DNA of 64,000 nt from Candidatus Woesearchaeota archaeon (GTDB taxonomy: Archaea; Nanobdellota; Nanobdellia; SCGC-AAA011-G17; JACPIM01). Below, piece by piece: positions 1 through 10,033 of this stretch (the first letter of the stretch is position 1; each line of letters opens with the position of its first letter). The DNA lies in the NCBI GenBank assembly GCA_964513145.1, contig CAZELK010000002.1:1-64000 (forward strand), written 5' to 3'. The notes beneath the pieces were generated by a model. The model did no database searches. It saw only the letters and a program-made list of their open reading frames with translations, and had not been told where the DNA came from. The translations under genes and the position numbers were made by a program.

Positions 1-140
1 TCTTTTTATATTTACTTAAAAATAGCTAATTTATCATATAAAACTATGTTGCAGTATTCTAGACAATTAAACTACTGTTTCTTTATAAAGAAAAATAAAC
101 TTAGATTTATTACTTATAGAAAGTAAGAATTAGTACTAAT

Positions 141-1412
141 TTAATATACTGTTGTTTGAAGATAAAATCCACTTGAAGATGAGGCTTGACAACAAACTTC
201 TAAAGGAACTGTGCCTGGGTTTGTTGATCCGAAACTTGAACAAGCGTTCGGACTTCTAAAGTCCCCGCAAGCGCCGACACTGCTATCCCATCTTTTTCCA
301 CTAGGACAACAACCAGCGCCAGGTGGTCTTGTATTTGGAGGCCAGAATGTACAAGTTGTACCAAATGTGCATTGATCAAGTCCGTTGCTGCAAAATGAGT
401 TTGTATTGCATATTGTTGATGTGCAAACTCCAGTATCACTTAAAAGATAAGTTAATGTTGCCTGAGAACCAGATGTACTGTCCAGTCTAATTCTCATGTC
501 TTTAATAGTGTCTGCTGGGGAACTTAAGTCAATATCTAAGAAATTGTTTTTAGCCAAGTTTGAAGTTGTTGATGAAACTGTGATGCTTACTGTGTTTTGA
601 TCTGGAACATTATTTAATCTTAATGTAAGAACCTGGTTATTCCAGATAAATTTTGAGCTTGAACCAGAATTTAATGTGACTGTAATTAAACCATATTCAC
701 ATTTATTTGATATTGAATCCCATTTTTTTCCAGGAGAACAACATTTGTTATTTGTACTATCCCAGTTGCATTCATTTGAAGTACATGCACTTTGTGAATT
801 ACATACATTATTCTGGCAGGAATTAATTGAACATAAAGTTGGTTCAGAACGATAATTTTTACAGCATAATTTAGTATTGTAACCAGAAATACAGTCACCT
901 ACATGAGCATTTGTATCACCCGAAATTGAGACTACACATTGTTCATCTGCATTGCAATTTCCTAGTCTGTAATTACAAGTTAAATCACTTGAACAAACTT
1001 TTTGAGCATAATTTCCAGTACCAGTTGGTTTTTCAACATGTGCATTTGTAACAGAACTTAATTTTATTATAACATCACTGTTATCTGCATCACAAGTCCT
1101 GTCTACGATTATTAAACCATTTGTACAAGCCCTAAAAGTATACGCAGTATCTGAAAACAATGCTGCATGTGCATTTGTTGAAGAACTTAATTTAAACAAT
1201 GTCTGTGAATCAGGACAATTATTCAGTATATTTTTTCCTGTAACTAGATTTTGAACATTAGTTTCCTTGCTGTAAAACTTATTGCTTATTTTCTGAAGAC
1301 CTTTTTGAAAACCTTCATTAAATTCATCAAGAACATTTAAAGCAAATACAGGAACTATTAGTATTAATAACATAATTAATGATAAAATTAAATGCCTGTT
1401 GTTTATTTTCAT
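141..1412 (-). CDS. Secreted Cys-rich surface protein with three (L/I)SxxTNAH repeats and two Cys-rich modules
   Basis: 423-aa ORF; N-terminal hydrophobic signal; LSSSTNAH, LSSVTNAH, ISGDTNAH; CCSPGKKWDS and CCPSGKRWDS modules. Confidence 0.75.
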   Translation of the reverse strand: MKINNRHLILSLIMLLILIVPVFALNVLDEFNEGFQKGLQKISNKFYSKETNVQNLVTGKNILNNCPDSQTLFKLSSSTNAHAALFSDTAYTFRACTNGLIIVDRTCDADNSDVIIKLSSVTNAHVEKPTGTGNYAQKVCSSDLTCNYRLGNCNADEQCVVSISGDTNAHVGDCISGYNTKLCCKNYRSEPTLCSINSCQNNVCNSQSACTSNECNWDSTNNKCCSPGKKWDSISNKCEYGLITVTLNSGSSSKFIWNNQVLTLRLNNVPDQNTVSITVSSTTSNLAKNNFLDIDLSSPADTIKDMRIRLDSTSGSQATLTYLLSDTGVCTSTICNTNSFCSNGLDQCTFGTTCTFWPPNTRPPGAGCCPSGKRWDSSVGACGDFRSPNACSSFGSTNPGTVPLEVCCQASSSSGFYLQTTVY

Positions 1413-1477
1413 TTACACTCTTTTTTTATCATAATTTATATTATTAATTTCCTTATAAAATTTTCTAAAGTTGATTC

Positions 1478-1583
1478 TGTATAATTAACTAAGGCTAGGA
1501 AATTTGAGTAATCCAAAACCCCAAATTTTGACAGTTTTAAACAAGAAAATTTTTCCAAAAGAAGTTTTATTTATAAATCCTTA
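1478..1583. repeat. 106-bp dispersed intergenic repeat, copy 1
   Basis: Direct alignment to 33356-33461 with 3 mismatches. Confidence 0.95.
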
Positions 1584-1614
1584 TCCAATAAGGTTTAAAA
1601 AGTCTTATTTCTAA

Positions 1615-2649
1615 ATGGAAACTATGGCAATAAAAGAATCAGAATTAAATGAAATAAGAAATTACATGGAAAAATCAGAAAACCCATTAATTTTTTTTGA
1701 TGATGATCATGATGGTCTGGCTTCTTATCTGCTGTTTAAAAAAGAATTTGAAAAATGCCATGGTGTCGTTGTTAAAAGTGGCATGAAAGATAATGAAATA
1801 TATTTCAGAAAAATTCAAGAATATAACCCAGACACAATTTTAATATTCGACAGGGCAGAAATAAGCCAGGAATTAATAGATTTTGTAAATGTTCCTTTAA
1901 TATGGCTGGATCACCACCCAGTAATTGAAAGAAACGGAGCAAAATATTACAACCCGAGAATCCATGATAAAGAAGACTCAAGACCTACATCATATTGGGC
2001 TTACCAAGTTGTTAAAAAAAATCTCTGGATAGGCATGGTTGGAATAATTGGGGATTATTGCCTGCCAAAAGATCTTATAGAAAATTTTGAATATAAGGAA
2101 TTATTTAACAATAAAACTGAAATAGAAGACATATTATATAATAGCGAATTTGGAAAATTAGTAAAAATATTTAATTTTATTTTAAAAGGTTCAACAACAG
2201 ATGTTAAAAAAAATATTAATCTTCTTTTAAAAATAGAAACTCCTTATGAGCTGCTTAATCAGGAAACAATTAAAGGAAAATACTTATACAATTTTTATAA
2301 AAAAGTAAACAAAGAATATGAAAAATTACTGGATAAAGTTAAAAATTGTTCAACTAAAGATAAAGTCCTGGTTTTTATATATCCAGATTCAAAATTAAGC
2401 CTGAGCGCAGCAGTTAGCAGTGAAGTAAAATATAAATTCCCTGATAAAGTAATAATAATAGCAAGAGAAAAAGACAATTACATGCGTGTTAGTCTTAGAA
2501 GCAATGATGTAATACTTCCACCATTGATAAAAAAAGCTTTGGAAGGACTTGACGGTTATGGTGGTGGTCATGATCATGCAGTTGGCGCAAATGTAAGTAA
2601 AAATGATTTTCAAAAATTTGTGAAATATATAAAAAACCATGTACAATAG
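1615..2649 (+). CDS. DHH-family phosphoesterase (RecJ/NrnA-like) with DHHA1 domain
   Basis: DDDHDG, LDHH and GGGHDHAVG motifs. Confidence 0.9.
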   Translation: METMAIKESELNEIRNYMEKSENPLIFFDDDHDGLASYLLFKKEFEKCHGVVVKSGMKDNEIYFRKIQEYNPDTILIFDRAEISQELIDFVNVPLIWLDHHPVIERNGAKYYNPRIHDKEDSRPTSYWAYQVVKKNLWIGMVGIIGDYCLPKDLIENFEYKELFNNKTEIEDILYNSEFGKLVKIFNFILKGSTTDVKKNINLLLKIETPYELLNQETIKGKYLYNFYKKVNKEYEKLLDKVKNCSTKDKVLVFIYPDSKLSLSAAVSSEVKYKFPDKVIIIAREKDNYMRVSLRSNDVILPPLIKKALEGLDGYGGGHDHAVGANVSKNDFQKFVKYIKNHVQ

Positions 2650-3226
2650 AAAAGATTCTTATTTTAAAAAAGCAAAAAAAGAAGGGTTTAGGGCTCGTTC
2701 AGCATATAAATTAATAGAATTAAATAGAAAATATAATTTAATTAAAAAATGTGATAAGCTCTTAGATATTGGCTGTTCACCAGGTTCATGGCTTCAGGTG
2801 GCAGTTAAATTAGTGTCTGAAAAAGGTTTGGTTCTTGGTATTGATATAATGCCGATTAAAAACATAAAAGGGGCTAAATTTCTACAAGCTGATATTTCAG
2901 ATCCAACAACAATTGATATGATTAAAACGTTTTCTGAACAATTTGATGTTATAATAAGTGATATTGCTCCAAAAACTTCAGGAATAAAAGACCTTGATCA
3001 TGAAAAGTCAATTTATTTAAATGAAAAAGTGCTTGAAGCAGCTCAGAAATTATTAAAGCCGGGTGGTAATTTTTTATGCAAGATATTTCAGGGAGAATAT
3101 TTTCCAGAATTCTTAAAAAAAGCAAATAAAAGTTTTGAATTTGTAAAAAGCAGTAAACCAGACTCATCCAGAAAAGAAAGCAGGGAAATTTACATAATTG
3201 CAAGAGGATATAAAACCAGCAAATAA
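2639..3226 (+). CDS. rlmE: 23S rRNA Um2552 2'-O-methyltransferase (RlmE/FtsJ)
   Basis: N-terminal DSYFKKAKKEGFRARSAYKL, DIGCSPGSW, SDIAP. Confidence 0.95.
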   Translation: MYNRKDSYFKKAKKEGFRARSAYKLIELNRKYNLIKKCDKLLDIGCSPGSWLQVAVKLVSEKGLVLGIDIMPIKNIKGAKFLQADISDPTTIDMIKTFSEQFDVIISDIAPKTSGIKDLDHEKSIYLNEKVLEAAQKLLKPGGNFLCKIFQGEYFPEFLKKANKSFEFVKSSKPDSSRKESREIYIIARGYKTSK

Positions 3227-3502
3227 TTAATAGTATTAACAAAGATTTTTAAAAAGAAAGATTATAACTTATTTATGACAGTCGTATCCAAGAAAACCAT
3301 GTTCTTCAGAACATGGATGAATTGGGGTATCTTTTTTAATATCATTTTTTCTTCTTAAAAATTTCTGCAGTTAATATCATGTCGGAAACTTTTCATAAAT
3401 CCCGCAAGCCTTCCGGAGAAACCACAAACATTCCGAAAATTTCTCATTAATAGCACTAAATCACAATAACATTTAAATATACTGGTTCTTTAATATAATT
3501 CA

Positions 3503-3698
3503 CTGCATCAGCAGTCTATCGCTGGACAAGCGAAAAGTGACGCCTGTTTGAGATAATGTAAGACCTGAACATTTTTGGAAAAAATCTTCACCAAAAACTA
3601 TTAAGGCATGTGTCGTTGATTCAGGAACTATATGCAAGTCAGACATATTTGACCTCTGCTGGAAACCACGCCATTCATGGCGTGGAGGACGTCATGCA
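3503..3698 (+). ncRNA. Candidate structured RNA or 5' leader of unassigned family
   Basis: TTTAAATA about 25 nt upstream; end pairing TGCA/TGCA; CAGCAG(3509-14)/CTGCTG(3656-61); TGACGCCT(3538-45)/AGGACGTCA(3686-94); several hairpins; locally GC-richer. Confidence 0.5.
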
Positions 3699-4167
3699 AA
3701 AAAGAGTGAATAATCTATTAACAAATATTTTAATATATTTGTCAATATTGGGAATAATAATATCTTCTTATTTGTTGTATTTACATTATGCAGAAGTTTC
3801 CAGTTTTTGTGATTTCAGCCCAAGTTTAAGCTGTGAAATAGTAAATAAAAGCAGATATTCAGAGTTTCCTCCTGGAAGTGATATACCTGTTTCAGGCATA
3901 GGGATATTAACATTTGTTTTTATTTTAATTAATTTAATATTAATAAAAAAAGATGCACAATTTAAATTATTCAACAAAAAATTAAATAAGAAGTTTTTAA
4001 TTAATTTAATATTTTATATATTAATAATCAGCATAATTTTCGCACTTTATCTGGTATATACAGAACTGTTTCTTATTCTATCTATTTGTATTTTATGTAT
4101 TGCCTTAGATATAATAATTTTAACAATGTTTATAATAATTTACAAATTAAGGAGCAAGAATGAATAA
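3694..4167 (+). CDS. Vitamin K epoxide reductase (VKOR) family membrane protein
   Basis: CDFSPSLSCEIVNKSRYS and ICILC motifs with TM helices; start moved to ATG 3694 (GGAGG at 3684) because the upstream extension is the structured region. Confidence 0.85.
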   Translation: MQKRVNNLLTNILIYLSILGIIISSYLLYLHYAEVSSFCDFSPSLSCEIVNKSRYSEFPPGSDIPVSGIGILTFVFILINLILIKKDAQFKLFNKKLNKKFLINLIFYILIISIIFALYLVYTELFLILSICILCIALDIIILTMFIIIYKLRSKNE

Positions 4168-4579
4168 TAAAATAATTTTATTGCTTATTCTGGGTATTAT
4201 GCTCGGGGGATGTACAAGCTCAAAATACAACAAAGAAATTATTGATAATCTTGCAAATTGTTTAGTAGAAAAAAATGCAAAAGAATATGGGGCGTTTTGG
4301 TGTCCTAATTGCGCAAAGCAGGAGAAAATGTTTGGTTCTTCTTTCAAAATAATAAAAGAAGGCTCTTATATAGAATGTGACCCAAGATGTTCTGTTTCAG
4401 ATATTAAAGACTTACCTTTAGCATGCAGGGGAGTTCTGGGCGAGACAGATTTATGCCTGCAAAAAAATGTAGAGAAATATCCAACCTGGGAATTTTCCAG
4501 TGGAAAAGTTTTAATCGGGGTGCAAGAATTTTCAGTTTTAGCAAGAGAAGCTGGATGTGAGTTTAATGAACAAAATTAA
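4160..4579 (+). CDS. Thioredoxin/glutaredoxin-like lipoprotein (VKOR partner type)
   Basis: LGGC lipobox-like signal; YGAFWCPNC and KYPTW motifs. Confidence 0.8.
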   Translation: MNNKIILLLILGIMLGGCTSSKYNKEIIDNLANCLVEKNAKEYGAFWCPNCAKQEKMFGSSFKIIKEGSYIECDPRCSVSDIKDLPLACRGVLGETDLCLQKNVEKYPTWEFSSGKVLIGVQEFSVLAREAGCEFNEQN

Positions 4580-5339
4580 ATTTTTATTTATATTTTTGCT
4601 GATTTTACTTTTCTCCCAAATTGCAAAGGCAGAAACAATATCTCTTCCAGCAATACCAATAGTTATTTCAACAGCCTTAGTTGATTCAATAAATCCATGT
4701 GCAATTGGTGTTCTGATATTATTGATGACTACATTACTAACATTATCCCATAATAAAAAGAGAATGTTATTTATAGGAATAATTTATATTATGGCAGTTT
4801 ACATAACATATTTCCTGGCTGGAATAGGGTTGCTATTATTTATTCAAAGATTCAATCTTGCAGAAATAATGGGCATATTAGTGGGGATAATTATAATAGT
4901 TTTGGGTTTAATAGAAATTAAAGATTTCTGGTGGTATGGAAAGGGATTTTCTTTGTCTATCCCGTACAAAAGATCGCTGCAAATAGAAAAAATGGTTAAA
5001 AAAATAACATTGCCTGGAGCAATAATTCTGGGGGTTTTTGTTGCAGCAGTTGAATTGCCATGTACAGGCGGACCATATCTTGCAATCACAGCTTTATTAT
5101 CAAAAATAGGATTTAATCCATTAGTAATATTTTATTTATTAATTTATAATTTTATATTTGTAATTCCATTAATTATGCTGCTTCTTTTAGTTTATTTTGG
5201 TGCAAGCATAAAGAGATTAAAAAAATGGAAAGAAAAAAATAAAAAGTGGATGCGATTAATAACCGGATTAGTGCTTGTTAGCCTTGGTATTTTGCTGATT
5301 TTATTTGCCACAAATACAATCGCTTTCACAATATACTAG
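4557..5339 (+). CDS. CcdA/DsbD-like transmembrane disulfide electron carrier
   Basis: DSINPCAIG and ELPCTGGPY motifs, multiple TM helices. Confidence 0.8.
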   Translation: MSLMNKIKFLFIFLLILLFSQIAKAETISLPAIPIVISTALVDSINPCAIGVLILLMTTLLTLSHNKKRMLFIGIIYIMAVYITYFLAGIGLLLFIQRFNLAEIMGILVGIIIIVLGLIEIKDFWWYGKGFSLSIPYKRSLQIEKMVKKITLPGAIILGVFVAAVELPCTGGPYLAITALLSKIGFNPLVIFYLLIYNFIFVIPLIMLLLLVYFGASIKRLKKWKEKNKKWMRLITGLVLVSLGILLILFATNTIAFTIY

Positions 5340-5347
5340 GAGGTATA

Positions 5348-5755
5348 ATGAAAAAAAGATTGTTAAAAAAAGAAGATAATTTTAAAAAAATAGAGTGGAT
5401 TTTAAGAATAGCTTTATTTGGTGAATTTCTAGGCCATGGTATATTTGCTATTCAACTAAAAACAAGATTTCTCGAAATGCTAACTGCATTTACAGGAATT
5501 ACCGGAGATTTAGCTAAAACTTTATTAACTACAATTGGTTATTTTGATATTTTAACAGCATTTCTGGCAATTGTATTTCCATTAAGATTAATACTAATAT
5601 GGGCTAGTTTATGGGGTTTTTTAACAGCATTAGCCAGGCCAATAGCCGGAGACCCAATATGGGATTTCATAGAAAGATGGGCTAACTGGGGAGTTCCTTT
5701 AGCATTGCTATATATAAGAGGGCTTCCTAAGAAATTAAAAGACTTGTTTGATTAA
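5348..5755 (+). CDS. Small membrane protein (DoxX-like)
   Basis: Four TM segments; GGAGG SD upstream; family call tentative. Confidence 0.5.
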   Translation: MKKRLLKKEDNFKKIEWILRIALFGEFLGHGIFAIQLKTRFLEMLTAFTGITGDLAKTLLTTIGYFDILTAFLAIVFPLRLILIWASLWGFLTALARPIAGDPIWDFIERWANWGVPLALLYIRGLPKKLKDLFD

Positions 5756-6357
5756 TTTTTTATTTTTTTTCCAATATTTAAATTAACAAAAGAACCAACT
5801 TTATCCTGACTTATTAATTTTAGTTTATTTTTAGAAAACAAATCTTTAAAATCATTTTTATTATAAATTTTTACACATCCAGGTTCCAGCTTCTCAAACA
5901 GTTTACTGAAAAAATAAAAGTCTATGTCAGCTATAATTAATTTCCCATTTTTTTTCAAGACTCTTCTCATTTCTTTAATAGCTATATCAGGGTCAGAAAA
6001 ATGATGAAAAGATTCAAAGCTAAAAACATAATCAAAAAAATTATCTTTAAACGGGATATTTTCAACACCTGCTGTTTTCAATACAGCATTATAGGATAAT
6101 TTCTTTTTTGCTTTTTTTATCATTAATCCAGATAAATCTATACCATAAAGTTTTTTCACATTATTGGCATATAAAATTTTCAAAGCATTGCCAGAGCCGC
6201 AGCCGACATCCAAAACAGAAGATTTATCTGGAATGCTTATTTTGTTTAATATTTCTGCTTGAATAGACTTTAACCATAAAGAAATTGGATCATAATCATA
6301 GAATAAAGACCATAATCCAAAATAAATTTTATTAATTTTACTTAAATATTCTTTCAT
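5752..6357 (-). CDS. Class I SAM-dependent methyltransferase
   Basis: VLDVGCGSG, FDYVF, HH motifs. Confidence 0.9.
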   Translation of the reverse strand: MKEYLSKINKIYFGLWSLFYDYDPISLWLKSIQAEILNKISIPDKSSVLDVGCGSGNALKILYANNVKKLYGIDLSGLMIKKAKKKLSYNAVLKTAGVENIPFKDNFFDYVFSFESFHHFSDPDIAIKEMRRVLKKNGKLIIADIDFYFFSKLFEKLEPGCVKIYNKNDFKDLFSKNKLKLISQDKVGSFVNLNIGKKIKN

Positions 6358-6359
6358 TA

Positions 6360-6950
6360 TTAATGTAATTCTTTTTTCATCTGGTCAAATTCTTTTTTGC
6401 TGATTTCTCCCTTTGCATATCTTTTTTTCAAGATCTCCAAAGAATCTGATCCAAAATTAAAACCCTGATTATTAAAAACCCTAAATAAAATGTAAATAAT
6501 TAATATTAAAATTATAATCCAAAATATCATAATAAACCCCCCATAAGCATAATAATTATAGCCCATCATATTACCAAATCCATTGCCAAAACCCATCATC
6601 CCAAAATAACCTCCCCGATTCATCATTGTATTCATCATATTAACAGGCATTACATTTCTTTCACCACAATACATCATCCTTGCTATATTAATGTGTATTT
6701 GTTTCAGGGTTTCTGAACCTTCTCCACCCATTCTAGCATCCATAAGTTCATGTAATTCTCCTGGGTGCATTTGTTCCATAAAATATTCTCCAATACTTTC
6801 TAATTGCTGGTCATTCAAGTTATTGCAAGGAGTCTTACTTTGAATTAATCTTTGCCCAGAGTCTATATCTTCTTGCTCAGAAGCAAAAGCTGAAGTTATC
6901 ACTATTATAAATACAAAAAGTAAAATACTTGTAAGTATCTTATGATTCAT
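6360..6950 (-). CDS. Membrane protein with His/Met-rich region and C-terminal SHOCT domain
   Basis: EILKKRYAKGEISKKEFDQMK at the C-terminus; EQMHPGELHELMD; start taken at MNHKIL. Confidence 0.75.
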   Translation of the reverse strand: MNHKILTSILLFVFIIVITSAFASEQEDIDSGQRLIQSKTPCNNLNDQQLESIGEYFMEQMHPGELHELMDARMGGEGSETLKQIHINIARMMYCGERNVMPVNMMNTMMNRGGYFGMMGFGNGFGNMMGYNYYAYGGFIMIFWIIILILIIYILFRVFNNQGFNFGSDSLEILKKRYAKGEISKKEFDQMKKELH

Positions 6951-7086
6951 CCAATAATTCTTCTTCGTAACCTTCCATAAATGCTTCTTCAATATCATTT
7001 ATCTCATCATCTTCTAAAAGCAAACTACGGATTGCTCTCTTATATATATCATTCTCCTCATTTTCTATCTCATTCTTATAATACAT
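6940..7086 (-). CDS. Small acidic protein (48 aa, not in ORF track)
   Basis: Manually translated MYYKNEIENEENDIYKRAIRSLLLEDDEINDIEEAFMEGYEEELLDES; GGAGGTG SD upstream. Confidence 0.7.
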   Translation of the reverse strand: MYYKNEIENEENDIYKRAIRSLLLEDDEINDIEEAFMEGYEEELLDES

Positions 7087-7126
7087 GTTACACCTCCAAG
7101 ATTTCAGCCTCTTTTAATGTAAACTA

Positions 7127-7145
7127 TGTATCATAATCTGATATA
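7127..7145. promoter_or_regulatory. Palindromic operator TGTATCA-TAATC-TGATATA
   Basis: Matches the site at 9996-10014; upstream of the PadR-TRASH gene. Confidence 0.65.
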
Positions 7146-7171
7146 TCATATACGGTAAAATATATAAATGT

Positions 7172-7594
7172 TTGCGTAAAACTATATTCAATATGAAAGA
7201 TATAAAAATAACAAACCTGATAAAATTTTATACATTGCTTATTTTATATAAAACTCCGATGCATGGCTATGAATTAATAAAACAACTGGAAGTTTGTACA
7301 GGCAAAAAAATAAGTACGAGTCATGTTTATCCATTTTTAAATAAACTGGAAAAAAACAATATAATAGAGCTAAAATCAAAAGGCGAAAGAGATAAAAAAC
7401 AATATTGTCTTACTAAATCTGGAAAAACATTTACAAAAAACTTGATTGACAGATTTTCTAATATAATTAATTTCAATCAAAAAATATGCACTAATTGCGG
7501 CTGCAAATTAATTGAAGGGGCATATAAAGAAAAAATAAAAGGTAAAATATTATATTTCTGCTGTAAATATTGTGCAAAAAGCTATAAAAATTAA
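7172..7594 (+). CDS. PadR-family regulator fused to a TRASH/YHS metal-binding domain
   Basis: [19 protein letters not shown] and YCLT winged HTH; C-terminal CTNCGC...YFCCKYC. Confidence 0.85.
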   Translation: MRKTIFNMKDIKITNLIKFYTLLILYKTPMHGYELIKQLEVCTGKKISTSHVYPFLNKLEKNNIIELKSKGERDKKQYCLTKSGKTFTKNLIDRFSNIINFNQKICTNCGCKLIEGAYKEKIKGKILYFCCKYCAKSYKN

Positions 7595-9996
7595 ATTTTT
7601 GGCTTATAAAATTTCATAAGCAGGGAATTAGTAACAACTGAAACTGAGGAAAATGCCATTGCTGCTGCTGCAATCATTGGGTTTAATAAAAAACCAAAAA
7701 AAGGATACAAAAGTCCGCCAGCTATAGGAATTCCGGCAGTATTATAAAAGAAAGCCCAGAATAAGTTTTGCTTTATTTTTTTCAAAGTTTTTTCACTAAT
7801 TTTAATCGCAATAGCAACATCCCTTAAGTCATTTCTCATTAAAACAACACTTCCAGTTTCAAGAGCAACATCAGTTCCAGAACCTATTGCAATTCCAACA
7901 TCAGCTTGAGCCAAAGCAGGTGCATCATTTATGCCATCTCCAACCATAATAACTTTTTTTCCGATTTCCTGCAATTCTTTAATTTCTTTAGCCTTATTCT
8001 CAGGCAAAACACCAGCTAATACCCTGTGTATGCCAGCAGTCTTAGCTATAGCCTTTGCAGTCCTTTCATTATCGCCAGTAATCATTATAACTTCCTTATT
8101 TAACTTTTTGAAAGATAAGATTGCTTCCTTAGAATGCTCTTTTAAAGTGTCAGCAACTGCAATTATGCCTGCAAGATTTTTATTCATGGCAAAAATCATG
8201 ACTGTTTTTCCATTATTTTCAAGATCATTAATTGTAGTTTCATTTATTAAAGAAATTTTATTATCATCCATAAGTTTCCGATTTCCAAATAATATTATGT
8301 CTTTATTTAATTTGCCAGTAACACCATGACCAGGAATAGCCTTGAAATCTTTTATATCTGAAAAAATCAAATTATTCTTTTTAGCTTCATTTACAATTGC
8401 TTCTGCCAAGGGATGTTCTGATTTTTTCTCAATGCTTGCTGCAATTTTTAATAATTCATCCTTGCTTAATTTTCCAAATGATATAATATCAGTTACTTCT
8501 GGTTTTCCTTTTGTTAAAGTTCCTGTTTTATCAAGAACAATTGTGTCTGCCTTATGTATTATTTCTAAAACTTCCGCACTTTTAATTAAAATTCCTTTCT
8601 CAGCCCCTTTTCCAGTGCCAACTATGATTGCTGTAGGTGTTGCCAAGCCCAAGCTGCATGGGCAGGCGATTATTAAGACAGCTATAAATGTACTTAAAGA
8701 AAAAGTAAAACTTTCGCCATAAATAAAAAACCAGAATACAAAAGTAAAAATAGAAATTATTAAAACACCCAAGACAAAATATTTTGATATAATATCAGCC
8801 AGCCTTTGTATTGGTGCTTTGCTTCCCTGTGCTTCTTCTACTAAATTAATTATCTGGTTCAGTACAGTGTCTTTTCCAATTTTTGTTGCCTTAAAAGTAA
8901 GATGCCCATGCTTATTTATAGTTCCACCAATTACATTATCCTTTATTCTTTTCTCAACAGGAATGCTCTCTCCAGTAATCATAGATTCATCAACAGAAGA
9001 ATTGCCTTCAACTATGATGCCGTCAACAGGAATCTTTTCACCTGGTTTTATTAAAATTAAGTCACCAATCCTAACATCCTCAATAGGAATAGTAACTTCC
9101 TGATCATTTCTAATAACCCTTGCTGTTTTTGGTTGCAGCCCCATTAATTTCTTTATAGCCTCTGAAGCCTTGCCTTTTGCCTTTGCCTCAAGCCATTTGC
9201 CCAAAATAATAAAAGTTATTATTACAGCACCAATATCAAAATACAAATCTTCTCCTCCAAAAATCTTTGGCATAAAAACACCAAGGGAACTGTAAAAAAA
9301 TGAGGCAGTAGTTCCCAAAACAATTAAAGTGTCCATGTTTGCATTAAATACCCGTAAGGCTGTAAAAGCACTCTTGTAAAACCTGTAACCAACAAAAAAT
9401 TGAACAGGTGCTGCAAGTAAAAATAAAACAATTTTCCTGTAAGAAAAATCTATAGAAAAAAACTCTGGAAAAGCCAGTATAACCAAAGGAATAGTTAAAG
9501 CTAAACTAACAAAAAATAAGTTTCTTAGGGTATTAATTTCTTTTTCCTTAATATCTTTTTCTCTGTCTAGACTATTTTCTTCAATAACATCAAAACCCAT
9601 ATCTCTTATTGCTTTTACAACTGAATTAGAAGATAATTTTTCAGGATCATATTTTATTTCGGCAGTTCCCTTAACATTTAATTTGCCTTCTGCAGAAGGA
9701 AGACTCATCAAGGTTTTTTTAACCTGTATCAAGGAAAACTGGTCAATCATTTCAGGTATTTTTAAACGGAGAAGTCCATTCTCACCAGTATTAGATGCTA
9801 CATCATATCCTAAAGACTTAATAGCTGCTGTAAATAAATTCTCATCAGCGCCATCCTCATATTCCAAGCTTGCTTTTTCAGTCGCATAATTTACGCCTGC
9901 TTTTGTTACTCCGGAGACTTTCTTTAATTTTCTTTCAATCAAAGTAGCGCAGCTTGCACAATGCATTCCTCTTATTGAGATTATTTTTTTCTTCAT
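7591..9996 (-). CDS. copA: Copper-translocating P1B-type ATPase
   Basis: GMHCASC HMA domain, TGES, CPC, DKTGTLT, EHP, GDGIND, YN and MAFSS motifs. Confidence 0.97.
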   Translation of the reverse strand: MKKKIISIRGMHCASCATLIERKLKKVSGVTKAGVNYATEKASLEYEDGADENLFTAAIKSLGYDVASNTGENGLLRLKIPEMIDQFSLIQVKKTLMSLPSAEGKLNVKGTAEIKYDPEKLSSNSVVKAIRDMGFDVIEENSLDREKDIKEKEINTLRNLFFVSLALTIPLVILAFPEFFSIDFSYRKIVLFLLAAPVQFFVGYRFYKSAFTALRVFNANMDTLIVLGTTASFFYSSLGVFMPKIFGGEDLYFDIGAVIITFIILGKWLEAKAKGKASEAIKKLMGLQPKTARVIRNDQEVTIPIEDVRIGDLILIKPGEKIPVDGIIVEGNSSVDESMITGESIPVEKRIKDNVIGGTINKHGHLTFKATKIGKDTVLNQIINLVEEAQGSKAPIQRLADIISKYFVLGVLIISIFTFVFWFFIYGESFTFSLSTFIAVLIIACPCSLGLATPTAIIVGTGKGAEKGILIKSAEVLEIIHKADTIVLDKTGTLTKGKPEVTDIISFGKLSKDELLKIAASIEKKSEHPLAEAIVNEAKKNNLIFSDIKDFKAIPGHGVTGKLNKDIILFGNRKLMDDNKISLINETTINDLENNGKTVMIFAMNKNLAGIIAVADTLKEHSKEAILSFKKLNKEVIMITGDNERTAKAIAKTAGIHRVLAGVLPENKAKEIKELQEIGKKVIMVGDGINDAPALAQADVGIAIGSGTDVALETGSVVLMRNDLRDVAIAIKISEKTLKKIKQNLFWAFFYNTAGIPIAGGLLYPFFGFLLNPMIAAAAMAFSSVSVVTNSLLMKFYKPKI

Positions 9997-10014
9997 ATAT
10001 CAAAATCTGATATA
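9996..10014. promoter_or_regulatory. Palindromic operator TATATCA-AAATC-TGATATA
   Basis: Perfect 7-bp arms between the TATA-like TATTTAAATA (10021-30) and the copA start. Confidence 0.7.
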
Positions 10015-10033
10015 TTGCCCTATTTAAATATTT

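Noticed and set aside
1478-1583. Replication origin (ORB) in the 106-bp repeat
   Set aside because: No clear TCCA-TGGAAA...GGGG consensus and no cdc6/orc1 gene in the window.
3600-3655. SRP RNA helix 8 (CAGG...GCA)
   Set aside because: The spacing is 8 nt instead of about 11, there is no GNRA-capped stem, and no Alu or helix-5 architecture was found.
3503-3670. Group I intron (ATCAGCAG resembles Q, CTGCTGGAAA resembles P)
   Set aside because: The elements are in reverse order, no convincing P7 was found, and there is no interrupted host gene.
3610-3693. N-terminal extension of VKOR in the ORF track
   Set aside because: It runs through the structured region, and a better SD-led ATG exists at 3694.
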